Assembly: GCF_006345805.1 (NCBI RefSeq)
Contig: NC_042998.1
Span: forward strand, 38,688,001 to 38,752,000
Direction: 5' to 3'
Origin: Octopus sinensis
Taxonomy: Eukaryota
Length of the DNA stretch: 64,000 nt
The notes under the pieces are model-generated. The model had not been told where the DNA came from. It searched no databases and saw only the letters and a program-made list of their open reading frames with translations. Both the position numbers and the translations under genes were made by a program. Below, piece by piece: positions 27,030 to 40,750 of this stretch (its first letter is position 1; each line of letters opens with the position of its first letter).

Positions 27030-27546
27030 CTCAAAAAGTTGAAAGTGATTTTACAGGGGATCGATTCCACAGAGTAAAGAACGGTTATAAGAGGGATCAA
27101 GTTGAGCAGATATAGAGGCAATTATGCGGATGGAAAAAAGAGAGATAAATTAAATATAACAGTTTTGGTAGGAAATGCAAAATATGTAGATATGTGTACA
27201 TGCAAATCGAGAGAAAGCAAAGGGTGGAGTCCTTCAGACGATGAATATTTGAGTACAAACATATAGATATTTATATTAATAGGTCCAACTGACACAGAGA
27301 ACAAACGACAGAGAAAATTAAAGGGGTGGAAGAAAGGTGTTATAAGTACAACAACTGTTTTGTGAGGTTCGGAGACCCATGATAATGTTGGTAGATGCAG
27401 TTCATCACAATATGCGACCGTCATGGATGCAATCAATATTTTTTAAAAATAAAACAACGGTTAGGAACTGTAATAAAGCAACTACATCTGCTATGAATGC
27501 GAATAGAAATCCAAATTCGGGTGAGTAGAACAAGTAAAAAAAAACA

Positions 27547-27631
27547 GGCTGCATATGTTTCCTAGCTAGGAGATCCTCTGATGCAATAATTACGCAGCGA
27601 GGCGGGTATTCAGCTAGCTACTCCTCAGGCC
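27547..27631 (-). ncRNA. Degenerate type I hammerhead motif
   Basis: Minus strand ggc-CTGAGGA-gtagctag...ctagctag-GAAA-catatg-CA-gcc. U16.1C change and a G-G pair at the base of helix II. Confidence 0.55.
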
Positions 27632-27749
27632 GAAGATACCTTAGCTATATGAAGGTTACAGTGTCGTCTGAGAATCCGAAGTTAACTTACCGAAGAGGTG
27701 AATTGAAAATGATTTCAAGTTATGTTCCGGGAGTTAACTTGGGACTTCT

Positions 27750-27905
27750 AAACCGCTTGACAATCGGTTTTGGTTTGTTCACGTCCCCGTAACGCCGAGA
27801 AAAGTACCGGGATTTTAAAAAACAAGTACTGGTGTCGAATTGTTCGACTAAAGTCTTTGAGATGGTACCCCAGCATGGCCGCTGTCTAATGACTCAGATG
27901 AATCA
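27750..27905 (+). mobile_element. SINE family B, 3' part
   Basis: cgcttgacaatcgg...acgtccccgtaac...ccagcatggccgctgtctaatgact. Further 3' parts at ~29925-30062 and ~37035-37225. Confidence 0.75.
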
Positions 27906-28549
27906 ATGATGAAGATGTGAATGTGTTCGTGTGTATGCATGTATGCACGTCTGCATGTGTGTGTGTGTATGTATGTATATAAGTATGTATTAAGTGTGTG
28001 TATATATAGTTAGATACATACTTAAATACATACATGCACGCATGCATGCACACACACACACACACACACAAGTGCGAGTTCCTGTGTATGTGTATGTTTA
28101 TGTATCTGCGTGTGTTTCAGTCTGTCCTTTGTTTTCTCCAAAATACTCAGTGACAGAAATTTCCGCTTAAAACAGTAAAAAAAAAATTCTAATCATTATT
28201 ATGATTCTAATTATTATTATGAAAACTCTGTCTGCAACATCACTTCCTGTCTTGTTCGCAACCTCCTCCTCTCTTTCTTTTTCTCTCTCTCACTCTCATT
28301 CTTTTCCTCTCTATGTATACACGTAGGTAGACCGACATACTCGTGTACACTACTCAACACGGTCGCTAAAGACATTAGGCAAACACTTTGGAAAATAAAA
28401 CTAAAAGTAGTCAGTTTATTACAAAATGGAAAGAAAATTATAAATATCCGTTCTTTAGATTTTCTTAAGAAAACATACGAATATTTTTTTCAAAGTGTTA
28501 AATTTTAATAAGTTACTTTCTCGACTATAAGAAAAGGTATGTATGTATA

Positions 28550-28586
<37 letters not shown>

Positions 28587-28651
28587 ATGTATGTATGTAT
28601 GTATGTATGTATGTATGTATGTATGTATGTATGTATGTGTGTGTGTATGTA

Positions 28652-28706
<55 letters not shown>

Positions 28707-28712
28707 TTACTA

Positions 28713-28956
28713 TCAAAATAAGCAACAGTGATATCCAGAGGTAATGCAGTACGACCGTTTCATGCGACTCCATTTAATTGAACAATGCAAATATTTCGTT
28801 ACATCAATTTAAAATGTAGAGCAATCTTCAGCTGCACAAAGACATAGTATTTAATTAAATACTTGTTGCTTATTTTGATTTTAATCACCTTATTTTGGAA
28901 ATTGTATGGATAATACCGTACTAAATTCTGGTGCCTCAACTTAAGTACCATATTCA
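28713..28956 (-). mobile_element. Penelope-like element with hammerhead (28745-28836, minus) and 15-bp inverted repeat
   Basis: Minus strand tgcag-CTGAAGA-ttgc...gcat-GAAA-cggtc-GTA-ctgca. tcaaaataagcaaca (28713-28727) is inverted at 28864-28878. Confidence 0.78.
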
Positions 28957-29792
28957 TCTGTATCTATCTACCTATCTATTTATCAGTTTTACCTCGATCT
29001 CTCAACGAATGCACGATTGAACGGCATTATTCACTCCTGTTTCTTACGAAGACCGAATAATTTCACAAACACAAGTGACCTCGCAGTGGCAGCATTTTAT
29101 CATCTCACTCAATACACTGCCTCCCTTGTCTCTCACTGTCTCGCCTTGGCTGTATGAATATATGTTTGTGTGTATGAATGTATGTACTATGCATGTACTT
29201 ATAGAGGTGTGTACACAGATACACACCCACCCATATTTCTCAGCAAGATCGTTATATGTATAAAGCTACTGTTTTCGAGTATGAAAATATCTTCTTTTAA
29301 AAGAAGTAAGTCTATGTGAAAAGAAAACTATGAATATCCCTTCTTTAAATTCCTCTGAAGAAAACTTACGAATAGATATTCTGTAGAATTCTACTAAGTT
29401 GCTTTCTTTATAATAAGATGTGCCACGTATCTTTTACTGCTTTTATCTCGATCTCTCTCTCACCCAATAAACATGTAATCGACAGATAATGTCCATTCCA
29501 GTCTCCTCCCTTCAATCATTTGAGAAACTAATTGAATGAATATACACACACACACGTTTGACGACTAACATCACGCTTGAAACTTAAGTGTACCAACGAA
29601 TTTGAATCAAACTGCTTTGATCCATGCATGTAACTCCCAATAAATTGGTTGAGTGCCCTTCTTTCGTTTGCCCACTCACTCTTGTGTGTGTGTGTGTTGT
29701 GTGTGTGTGTGTGTGTGTGTGTGCGTGCGTGCGTGTGTGCGTGCACGTGTGTGTGTGTGTGCGTGTGTGTGTGTATGTGCGTGTGTGTGTGT

Positions 29793-29834
<42 letters not shown>

Positions 29835-30079
29835 TTACACACAGATTCACATGACGGGCTTATATCATCATCATCATCATCATCATATATATATATGTTT
29901 GTGTGTGTGTGTGTGTGTTTATATCTGCGCTTGTTCGCCTCCCCTGCTTGCGGTTCGGTAAGAGAAGACCAAGTACCAGGTTTAAGAGACAACTCCCAGC
30001 GTCGATTTGTTCGACTGAAACCGTTCAACCATTCAAATGACCGAAACAAGTAAAAGATAAAGGTCACATATAGATAAAT

Positions 30080-30240
30080 ACGATGGACTTTTTCTCAGTT
30101 TCTGTCTACCAAATCCACTCAAGTGGTTTTGATCGTCCCATAGGCTATAGCAGAAGGCACTTGCCCAAGGTACTACGAAGTAGGATTGAACCTAGAGCTA
30201 TGTACACAGAAAACAAGCTTCCTACCCCACAGTCACTTTT
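30080..30240 (-). mobile_element. SINE family B, 5' part
   Basis: Reverse complement of the family B head: ttctcagtttctgtctaccaaatccactc...cacttgcccaagg. Confidence 0.8.
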
Positions 30241-30422
30241 GTGTGTAGAAATAAAAACAGTTAAATACTAACGTGTTCTGATGTTTTGTTTTGCCTTATT
30301 TTTCCTTCTTTCTCGGATATATATATATATGTATGCACACACACACACACATATACGTACATATCTCTCTCTCTCCCTCTCTCTCTCTCTCTCTCACTCT
30401 CTCATATATGTATATATATATA

Positions 30423-30476
<54 letters not shown>

Positions 30477-30805
30477 TTACATGTCACTGAAAGACTATGT
30501 TATTTGGGGTGGGGTGCATAACACTAATCGTGATGCACTTGTTGTATATAAAGTATTCATTTTAAGCATTGAAATGTTTAAAGAAACCTGTTAAGGTTTT
30601 TCTTGTTTCCATACATATATATACATCACACATTTCGATCATCGCCAATTTATACCTATCGGATTACTTAGATTTGCGAAGCGAACTTCTAATTACTACG
30701 CACGAGAAACAATCAGAAAAGCGACGAACAAAAGAGGCTTGTAACAGAGAGAAATGATAATGAGATAAAATTGTAGTAGCAGCAGCAGCTGCAGTAGTGG
30801 TAGTA

Positions 30806-30868
<63 letters not shown>

Positions 30869-31313
30869 AAGAGAAAGAAGGAAATAACGACTGATAGACA
30901 TCATGAATTAGAATCGGAACGCATTCAAACACAAAGAGAAGGGCGTCGACAAAGAAGAAGCATCGACTGCGCACGACCCACCACAAAAGCAAGAGAAAGC
31001 CTTCAGTTTGATTGAAATCACTAGTTTAAAGCTGGAGACAATTCAGAGCGTTTCAGTAGCCATATTGTAACCGAAATATGCTCCACCTGCCTTCCTTCGA
31101 AAACCTTAGCACTATTCAACATGTCGCTAAAGAACAGTCGTATTTATTGCATTTCGTCGTGCGTATGCTTGAAATCCTCTTTAGTATAATTCCATTTATC
31201 AGTTCATAAGAATTTAACTAAATAATAATTCAAGAGCTATAATAAATACGCGCAAGTTCTCTATATTAATATCATTCAATATGATTCTTTGAATGCATGG
31301 GTTTTTCTCCACA

Positions 31314-31357
<44 letters not shown>

Positions 31358-31585
31358 CTACTTCACCCTCTTTCATTCTCTCTATCTGTACCTATCTCTT
31401 TATCGTAATTCTTCGGCAATGTATTTGTGCGTGTCACTCTGCTTAGGCATACACTCAGTTACAAATATATACGTTGTGATTCACGTACATATATCTATGT
31501 GTGCCCGCAGTTGTGTACGTATCCGTGTATGTATGCGCGCGCGCAAGTGTATGTCTGTTTGTCTGTGCGCGCGCGCGTGTGTATT

Positions 31586-31616
<31 letters not shown>

Positions 31617-31617
31617 G

Positions 31618-31960
31618 CGCAGGGGTAGGTGTGTGGTAAGTAACTTGCTTACCAACTACATGGTTCTGGATTCGGTCCCACTGCGTGGCACCTTCAGCAA
31701 GTTCCTCGAGCCGACCAGACCCTTATGATTGAATTTTGTAGACGGAAACTGAAAGAAGCCCGTCATGTATATGTTTGTGTGTCTGTTTGTCCCCCCCCCC
31801 ACATCGCTTGACAATCGATGCTGGTGTTTTTACGTCCCCGTAACTTAGCAGTTCGGCAAAAGAGACCGATAGAATAAGTAGTAAGCTAACAAAGAATAAG
31901 TCCTGGGGTCGATTTCATCCAGCAAGGCCGTAGTCCAAAAAATTGAAACAAATAACAGAA
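31618..31960 (+). mobile_element. SINE family B, near full length
   Basis: gcgcaggggtaggtgtgtggtaagtaacttgcttaccaac...gaaagaagcccgtc...gttcggcaaaagagaccgatagaataagt. Confidence 0.88.
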
Positions 31961-32043
31961 TATATATATAAAATGTATGTATGTATGTATCTATATATAT
32001 ATATATATCTATATACATATATATCTATATCCGTGTATCTATC

Positions 32044-32207
32044 TGAGAATTCGCAAAAAAACACAAAAGACGAAGACAGGTGGTGTAGACAACAGATGTA
32101 TTAGTATAACGCTCGGGAAGTGAAAAAGTCTTTAACGTTTCGAGCCTACGCTCTTCCACAGAAAGGAACAAGGAGAGAAAATAAAGAATGTGTAGTAACT
32201 AGCGAAT
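32044..32207 (-). mobile_element. Short Penelope-like element with variant hammerhead (32130-32165)
   Basis: Minus strand cttt-CTGTGGAA-gagc(gtag)gctc-GAAA-cg-TT-aaag. Confidence 0.7.
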
Positions 32208-32261
32208 GTGAGTGTGTGTACGCACGTATGCGTATATTAAGACAAAATATATATTTATATA

Positions 32262-32590
32262 TCTTTAATGTTTTACTGGTTTCAGCCCAGGGCTGAGGTC
32301 GTGCTGGTGCACCACCTGTAGTTACTCGGTGTTGTTTCGGGTATTGTTTTTGGTGAAGCAGGGATTTGGACGTAGCTGCTCTTCTTTGCGTCTTCTGCCG
32401 CAATGCAGGTTGATCTGGTATCTCAGATAGAAACCTGTCCAGACGTTCCTTGAAGACTTCCACGTCAACACCATGTAGATCTCTACGGTTGCCTGGAAGG
32501 ATGTTGAACAATTTGCGGGCCCTTGAAACCCAAACTATTGCAGTACTGAATCCTTATTTTAGATGGGGAAGACGGGATCTTTGGTATTTA
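32262..32590 (-). pseudogene. CR1/L2-type LINE 3' end
   Basis: FNILPGNRRDLHGVDVEVFKERLDRFLSEIPDQP...AATSKSLLHQ, then a short 3' UTR. Confidence 0.8.
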
Positions 32591-32828
32591 TTTTCATTTA
32601 TATATGTGTGTGTGAATGTATGTATGAATGCACACACACATACACAGACATACATTCATGCAAACAAATATACAGCTGGGATTCGAAACCCGCTCGCTAG
32701 ATACTCGGTCAGACATCACGGCCGAACCACAGTAGTGGTTCGTAATGAAATTGTTTCTCTATAAACTGTTGAACATTTCATTATTTCAATGCATACAGTT
32801 TGTGATATGTCACTGAATTAGGTTTTGA

Positions 32829-32872
<44 letters not shown>

Positions 32873-33335
32873 AAATGTTTATAGCCATATTTTTCAATCG
32901 ATCGCATATATGCATAAGTACATATGTTCGATGAAGCAACAATAAACAGAAATTGAAGAGGCGAGTCCAATTACAGAAGCGTTACCATGTTGACGCAAAA
33001 TCAATTAATAAACTGTTTAAATAATGCGGAAACAGAATTGTTTCACAATATTAAATGTCAACAACCAATTTACAGCAAAATTTGGTGTAAACTTATATGC
33101 TACTCAAGAAACTCTTATACATGTGCATATGCATAGATGTTGGTGAATAGCTGTATACACACACGAGAACGTTCGTGGATGTACTTTTATCTACAATGCA
33201 ACGCTTACAAACGAAATGCATTCAAGAAATGTGGAATGCCGTAATGTGATATTTATTCGCCATTCATATGCATGTTTTAACGGAAGTGAAGTAGAAATCA
33301 ATTTCACGCTACAGGATTCCAGCGTATCAGTGTGC

Positions 33336-33385
<50 letters not shown>

Positions 33386-33389
<4 letters not shown>

Positions 33390-33915
33390 GGCACTCACTA
33401 AACGAATTGAAGGCATGGCTGCTCTCGATTATTGGGATCGCCTTAAAGCCTTGAAACTCTACTCTCTCCAGCGTCGCCGTGAGCGGTACATCATTATTAC
33501 GATGTGGAGAATATACCGCCAACTTTGCCCAAACGACCTGAACATTAACTTCAAGGTTCATCCAAGACAGGGACCACGGGCCATACGTCCCCTGCCCAAT
33601 TCAAGATCACAGCATACATGTACACTGCAACATAATTTCTTTTCCTCAACAGGCCCTGCCCTATTTAACATTGTCCTGAAAGAGATCAAAGAGGAAAAGG
33701 ATCCCATCAACTTTAAACGGAGTCTGGATAGATTCCTTCAAGGAATACCAGATAAGCCACCCATAATTGGATACAACTCACCCAACAAAAACTCACTACT
33801 TGAATGGACCATAAACAAAACTTGACTTAAACAGGATTTAGATAATCCTATCAGGTGGTGCTATTAAGTTAGACATGGCCTGGACCAATCATTGATCGAA
33901 ACATATCTAAGTTTA
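33386..33915 (+). pseudogene. CR1/L2-type LINE 3' end, 5'-truncated at (TA)n
   Basis: TKRIEGMAALDYWDRLKALKLYSLQRRRERYIII...GPALFN...FKRSLDRFLQGIPDKP..NSLLEW*. Confidence 0.9.
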
Positions 33916-33920
33916 TCTAT

Positions 33921-34043
<123 letters not shown>

Positions 34044-34789
34044 CGTGCATAAATGCGCGCACAGCACAACTACAACACACACACACACACAAACATATAT
34101 ATATAGTGATTAATTATTAGCAACAGAAGAAGTATTGATATCTAAAGACAATATTTACGTCCAGCTTAACGAAGGTGTCTTGAGAGAATACCGAGTATTA
34201 GGTTATTCTCATGTAGGCACCTGGTCCATCAAAACACACATACACACAGATCGTAGTAAATGAGAATCTTATATTATGGGAGCCCATTACATATGATCCA
34301 CGTCTGATACGATCTGTGTGCCTCTAAGTACGATGTGTCTATATCAGAGATTCTCTCAACTCTAAATACGCACTATTCGTTGTTCTAACAAGATATCCAC
34401 ACTAAGTTGAGTGTGTGTATATATATATATATACAGGGTGCGTAAGATATTTGAGGACATATTTATGTTTATAATAACTTTAGTTATAAAAAAATGCTAT
34501 GAGGATAAAATTAAGGTACCGCACGAATGGAAATATATATGAAAGAAGGTTTGAAAATGCAATTTTAAAGATGTTTATGAACTTGACCGGTTTCACCTTT
34601 TTTTAGAAAAAGATTGTCAAAAGTAAAATGTAAAGCTTTGTTGTGTTAAGTACTGGTTATCACAAAAGTATTAAAATACAGTTATACATTCTTTGATAAT
34701 AATAAGAGAATGTTAAAAACAGTTTACAATATATTTTTAACATTCTCTTATTATCCTCAGCGAGTGGGGTGAGTTTTCATCCCTAGCTG

Positions 34790-35280
34790 CTGATTAACAC
34801 ACTGCTTATAAAAGTCATAGTCGATACACTATGGAAAGCCATCGATGACAAGCAGTCAAGGGAGCAAGCAAGTTTGTATAGGAGCTATAGTACGTTGAAT
34901 GACATATTCATTTTCATACAGCTTGTAGAACAAGGGAATGAATGCAAACTGCTTCTGTGCAATGATTTCGTCGACTATGAGACAGCCTTCGACAGCGTCA
35001 CAATGAAGGCCGTGCTGAAATCTCTAGAAATGCAAGATGCTGAGGCGCACTACATCAAAATACTCCGCGGTTTTCTTCTGTCGCCACCAGGGTAAGATCC
35101 AATGAGAAGGGCGTCGATAAGGAGATGCTATCTCTCTGGCGTACTTCGTCGCATGCCTAGAAAAGGTCATCAAGGATATTGACAAGACAGGTGGCATGAA
35201 CATCCAGAGCGTCCTACTAAAACGCCTTCGATTCGCAAATGGCACTTTACTAATTGTCGAAACCATAGATCAGCTGCGGA
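34790..35280 (+). pseudogene. RTE LINE reverse transcriptase remnant
   Basis: QSREQASLYRSYST..IQLVEQGNECKL..FVDYETAFDSV, GRR*GDAISL, LRFANG (decayed LRFADD). Confidence 0.85.
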
Positions 35281-35284
35281 CCAA

Positions 35285-35855
35285 GCAAACAGTTGTGGTA
35301 ATCAGCTGCCCAGCGGTTGTTAACAGAAAGCTGAAGATCAGTGAAAAAGAGAATACCTACGCTAAACTATTGGGAATTCTGCAGTTACTCTATCCAGCTT
35401 ACAAGTTCAGGTTTATACCTGTAATTGTGGGGGCACTGGGATATGTAACACACTGCCTAAATACCAATCTTGAGAAATTAGGTTTCTCAAAACCAGAAAA
35501 GAACTGTAAAAATCTGTAAAACTTTCCAGAATTTTATCATTTCAGTATATATGAGCATGTCTAGATATGCAGCTATATGCATGAGAAGAGTTATATAAAA
35601 CAAAACATACAAATCTGCGCGTATACATACATACATACATACATACATACATACATACACACACAATTACATACATTTACGCATACATACATGCATACAT
35701 ATATACATACATACATACATACATACATGCATACACACATACATACCCTGTTCTTGATGTTGAAATTCCAATGAAGAGGCCTTGGATCTAGGTTAGAAAC
35801 CAACTCTTTCTCTATTGGCAAGAAATCTTGAAATAAAACTGAAAAATTACATACA
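35285..35855 (+). pseudogene. R4/Dong-type RLE LINE 3' end with 3' UTR
   Basis: VVISCPAVVNRKLKISEKENTYAKLLGILQLLYPAYKFRFIPVIVGALG. UTR has internal (TACA)n, a stem-loop at ~35770-35815 and a tail in (TACA)n. Confidence 0.85.
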
Positions 35856-35869
35856 TAAATACATGCGTA

Positions 35870-35913
<44 letters not shown>

Positions 35914-38084
35914 TACATAAAGACATACATACATACATGCATACATACGTGGTACTCCAGTTTTCCCTTTTCGAATTTGAGAATTCTTTACTCGAGAATA
36001 TTTTTGCCTCTGTACCAAGTCTTGACGGGCTTTCAGTAGAAGATACATCTCGTTCAGATCTACAGCGAGAGCTTCATCATAATTGCCTTTTAAAATACAA
36101 AAGCCATGATGATTGAAAAATCATATCAGGCTTTACTTACTCTCCAATTTCACTAATTTTACCCCTTAAGACTTCTTCCTTTTGCACTTATTTTGACGAG
36201 ATAACTAGAATTAGATTTCCTCCCACAAAGTATTTTTATTTACGGAGTTTCATCTATGACTTTCCCTATTTTAACATTTATATTTTGATACCCAGCCAAC
36301 TTTCTATTATCACATCTCAAAATGTAGTAAAGTTTTTAATGAACTTAACCGCTTTTAATCTGAACATGAATTTGATTAGCTAGAGGGCGTAGAAATGGTT
36401 GCGATCATAAGAATATTATTTATCCACTTGCGTGAGTGAAATATTTGTGTGTGTGTGAGTGTGTGTGTGTGGAGCGTGCGTGCGTGTGTGTCTATGTGTG
36501 CATTGGTGTAGCGTTATGCGTGGATGTATGTATATATGTTTGTGAAATAAATGTGCATATGTGTGTGCGTGCATGCATATATACATACTTAATTACAGTT
36601 TGACAGCCAAAAGAAAGTGGCAATCAACACATTTTGTAGGAGTTGTAAATATTAAATATTAATTCCTCTAAATAGTTGTGAATATTTAATAACGGATTCG
36701 CTCTGTGCCACATTGTTCAACAATTTTTATTTTCGCTGATGAACGAATGCATCATCATACTTCATCGTCAGGTGCATTAGAAGATAGCATCTGGGAAATC
36801 TGAGGCACTGCGATTGGTCAGTTCAGGTTACATGAATAGATTATTGAAATGCGCGTGTGTGTGTGTGTGTGTATAGCTCACGGAACGTTAATGCGTGCAA
36901 TTTGTAGGACAAGAGGAGGGTGCAGTACACCCCATTCCAATGGCTCATGGAAAATTCTTATTAGTACACACTCTGTGTCTGCTAAATATTGTGTGTGCAT
37001 GCGTGTGTGTGTGTCTGTGTATGTGTGTGTGTGCTAGCCACCGCTTGATAACCGGTGTTGGTGTGTCTATGTCCCCGTGACTTAGTGGTTCGGCAAAAGA
37101 TACCTATAGAATAAGTACCAGGCTATAAAACAATATAAAACAACGGTCGATGCGTTCGAAAAACATTTCAAGGTAATGCCCCAGCATGGCCACAGTCTAA
37201 TGACTGAAACGAGTAAAAGATAAAAAACTAGGCATTCATGTAAATCCTTTCTTTCGAGATTCTGGTCGTTATGTAAACTGAAGCTTTAATCAACCTCAGT
37301 GTTCCGTAACTGCTTGGATCATTATTTTAACAAATGAAGGACTACAGATTGAACTTAGCCTTTCATTTAATCAGGGAAGTGCCTTGTTTACAAATGATCA
37401 AGACTGCTTACCCTCGAAAAGCAAATGACATGGTAGCAATATGTTTAACCAACATTAATCGTTTTCTGATATGAAGTGTCCGTAAATTAATATGAACACT
37501 TGCCTCTTGTTACGTTCCATATTCATTCCATACTTAAACTCAATTTATTTGAATTTTTAAATATGAAAATCACTCTGTTTCGTCTCAGTAACGAACTCGC
37601 TTTTAGAATGATTTTTATATCAAGCAAACATTTTGGTACAAGGCTACCATGTTTAGGGAAGGGTATAAGCATCTTACCCGGCACACTAACGATTCTACCG
37701 GCTCGCCGCCTTCAAAGCTTACCATTACAATCGCTATTTATATAGTGATATTCCACTATTAATAAAGCACTAAATACTCTTTTCCCCGTCTTTGCGCGCT
37801 GCACATCGCAAAATTCTTTAATCCCTACATAAAAAAAAGCTTCAACCGACTGTAAGAGAAATTTAACGACGGAGTAATTGTGTGTATAAAGTTACCGATA
37901 TTTAAAAACAAAAAGAAAAAAAATGTGTAATTCGCTGTAACTAAGCATAAGTCACTATATCCTAATCAATTGAAACTCTTATTTCTTTTCAAGGTTGCTC
38001 TTTTAGATAGAATTTAACACCATTAATTCACTAATAACTCTTAATCTAGAAAATTCCACAAGCGTAATAGATTCTTTACAATAA

Positions 38085-38298
38085 TAGGCTGGCAGAAACG
38101 TTAGCACGCCGGGCGAAATGCTTAGCGGCATTTCGTCTGTCTTTACGTTCTGAGTTCAAATTCCGGCGAGGTCGACTTTGCCTTTCATCCTTTCGGGGTC
38201 GATAAATTATGTAACTGTTGCGTACTGGGGTCGATCTAATCGACTGGTCCTCGCCCCCAAAATTTAGGGCCTTGTGCCTTGAGTAGAAAAGAATAATA
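38085..38298 (+). mobile_element. SINE family A
   Basis: ctggcagaaacgttagcacgccgggcgaaatgcttagcgg...gagttcaaattccggcgaggtcgactttgcctttcatcctttcggggtcgat. Confidence 0.9.
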
Positions 38299-38387
38299 GA
38301 CTCATCTAGTTTCGAGTGTATAATACCTACCAAAGCAGGTTTTCGTGCCATTTGTTGCACATTTAAATATATAACAAAAACACGCGA

Positions 38388-38448
<61 letters not shown>

Positions 38449-38639
38449 GAATTCTTTCTGAACCAGAAAACATGCCATATACTCTACTACAATGAAATTA
38501 TGACTCCTTTTAAGTCCTACAGAACGCGTCAATTTTAATTTCTCTCGTCACATTTTGGCATTTCATCTCACATATGTTTCACAGACTAAGACAGTGACCT
38601 ACTTAAATGATCCACCGACTTCCTTTTTCTTCCGTAGGT

Positions 38640-39340
38640 CAGCATCGATTTCACCAGGTTTAGAGGTTCTGGAAAATAATCCACTTCATTTGAGTAATTA
38701 AACATAAAACCCATCTATGTTGCCGGTGAGCTTTCTCCATAACAAAACTGCAGGAAGTATTCAGATGTGAAATACAAAGAGTTGAACAATTCAAACCTTC
38801 TGCGATTATTGAAGCAATTAATATGCAAAAAGCTGTTATGGGGTATCTGATATCTGCAAATAAAAGGCAAAAGAGACAACTCAGACAGAGTCAGTTGTTG
38901 GAAACCTTTGGACAATTCCGACAATGCAGACTGGCATATGCAACCCATTCTTAAGAGCAGCTGATATGTTCTGCCTTCTGTAAATCTCAGCGAAACATAT
39001 TTTACTCAGTTGACGGGGGTAAATACGATAAAAATTATGTAAAACAAAGAGAATGGAGGTGATAAATGTAAGCAATATGACTGAAATTGATAAACCGAGG
39101 GGAAAGTTACGCGTATGAAAGAGAAAAAGAATAGGATCCCTTGTATCAAATATGATTATCTAAATAAATAGTTAGACACAGAAGCCCTCTGCAGATATTT
39201 AAAGTCTAAAAGAAAATACGCAGAAGATAAATGTGAATAGATATGTTGCCGAAACCAACAGAACTTTGAAAAACCTCGTTCATATGAACTGACAATAGAA
39301 TATGAAGTTGCAAAAGGCTGCCAATGCGCTTCTTTGTCAC
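38640..39340 (+). pseudogene. Highly decayed RTE-like LINE C-terminal remnant
   Basis: Mixed frames RVEQFKPSAII, YVLPSVNLSET, GGKYDKNYVKQREWR, VTRMKEKK, with many stops. Confidence 0.35.
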
Positions 39341-40320
39341 CAACGAAATATTATTTTATCGCACTCAAATTTCAGTCCCCCTCAAAATAAAACTTGTTAT
39401 TATAATTGTTATTAAAGTCTAAAGATATTTAAATACCAGCAGAAAACCCAGAACATGGCGAATCAAATAACAGCTTTCAATTTAAATGCATCCTACGTTA
39501 CAGTTTTGTATCGTCATTAATTTTGCTCGTAGTTGCGTATTTAAGATTCTACAACCAGAAACCCATCACGACTAAACGGTCATTTTTCAAATTAATTCTG
39601 GTGCGTCAAGATTTTATTGAGACAACTTTTTCAGGAAAGACCCTAAGAAAAACAAATTAAAGATTTATAACAGTTTTATTTGCATAGAGCAAGGCAATCA
39701 ACATATTCACGAAAATCGATTGTTTTGGAGGGACAAAATGTTTCATCGAATTATTTTCTATAATGTGTATGGTGCTGTACCCATCAAATCTTGCTTATTT
39801 CCTTTATCGATACCAAATAATTATGTAAACATTTGAAGTTCTGCGGAATTTGCAGTCGGTGCACTAGACTGGGTAGTGGGGCCCTACACCTGCGCCAAGT
39901 CGCGCGCCAATTTCGTATATAAGTCATTAAGGTCTCATAATTGGTGTGTGAGTTAGCGCCGAGGTAGGGCATCAGATTAACGTTCTTTGGATATTTAGTC
40001 TATGTATCAATCATCTTCCTGTTTGAATTTTGTAGGGAGCATTTCAGAAACAAAATGAGTTTTCGTCACACCATTTACCAAACTGAGAAAGTTGGCTAAC
40101 TTTTTATTCTAGTTATTGTATCGGTCCCCTTGAAGTGAATTTGGAAAATTAAGTCATAAACTGGATATAAAGTTTCTTTGTTGTAGGATTTCGACAAATT
40201 TTCTTTGTGGTTGTTTCCACATTTTCGAACACAATGTTTTCAATTCGTAAATATTAAAAGTTAAATGGTTATATCAATTTCCTCTTAGAGTAACATGTGC
40301 TTCATATATTGTTAGAGACC

Positions 40321-40375
<55 letters not shown>

Positions 40376-40558
40376 CATACATACCATGATTTCATGCAGG
40401 CCTAAATATTTTCAAGAGTAACTGTGGAATTTACATCTTTACATAAGGAATGCAAATCTAAGACAATAGATATATGAAAAAATAGAATTTTGATTTCTAG
40501 GACAAATTACTAGTCTCTAATCCAACATTATAATCACACACACACACACACACATTTC

Positions 40559-40589
<31 letters not shown>

Positions 40590-40750
40590 ATATATATAAA
40601 CAAGGAGTTACAACACCTTTACTTGCGAGATTTTTGCTGCCCTGGTAACTATTTATTTATTTTTTCCGTGTTAATTGTTAACAAGGTAAAAATACACTCA
40701 TCTATTTATAATATATATATATAATATATATAATATATATATATATATAT

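Noticed and set aside
34701-34752. 19-bp AT-rich hairpin, and a 14-bp inverted repeat at 9735-9827
   Set aside because: Probably MITE or Tc1 debris or a local fold-back. Too little evidence to classify, and not a terminator in this eukaryotic context.
39230-39340. CC...GCQC ending that resembles a TGF-beta or cystine-knot C-terminus
   Set aside because: The frame has several stops, no upstream cysteine pattern or splice context, and the surroundings look like a decayed LINE.
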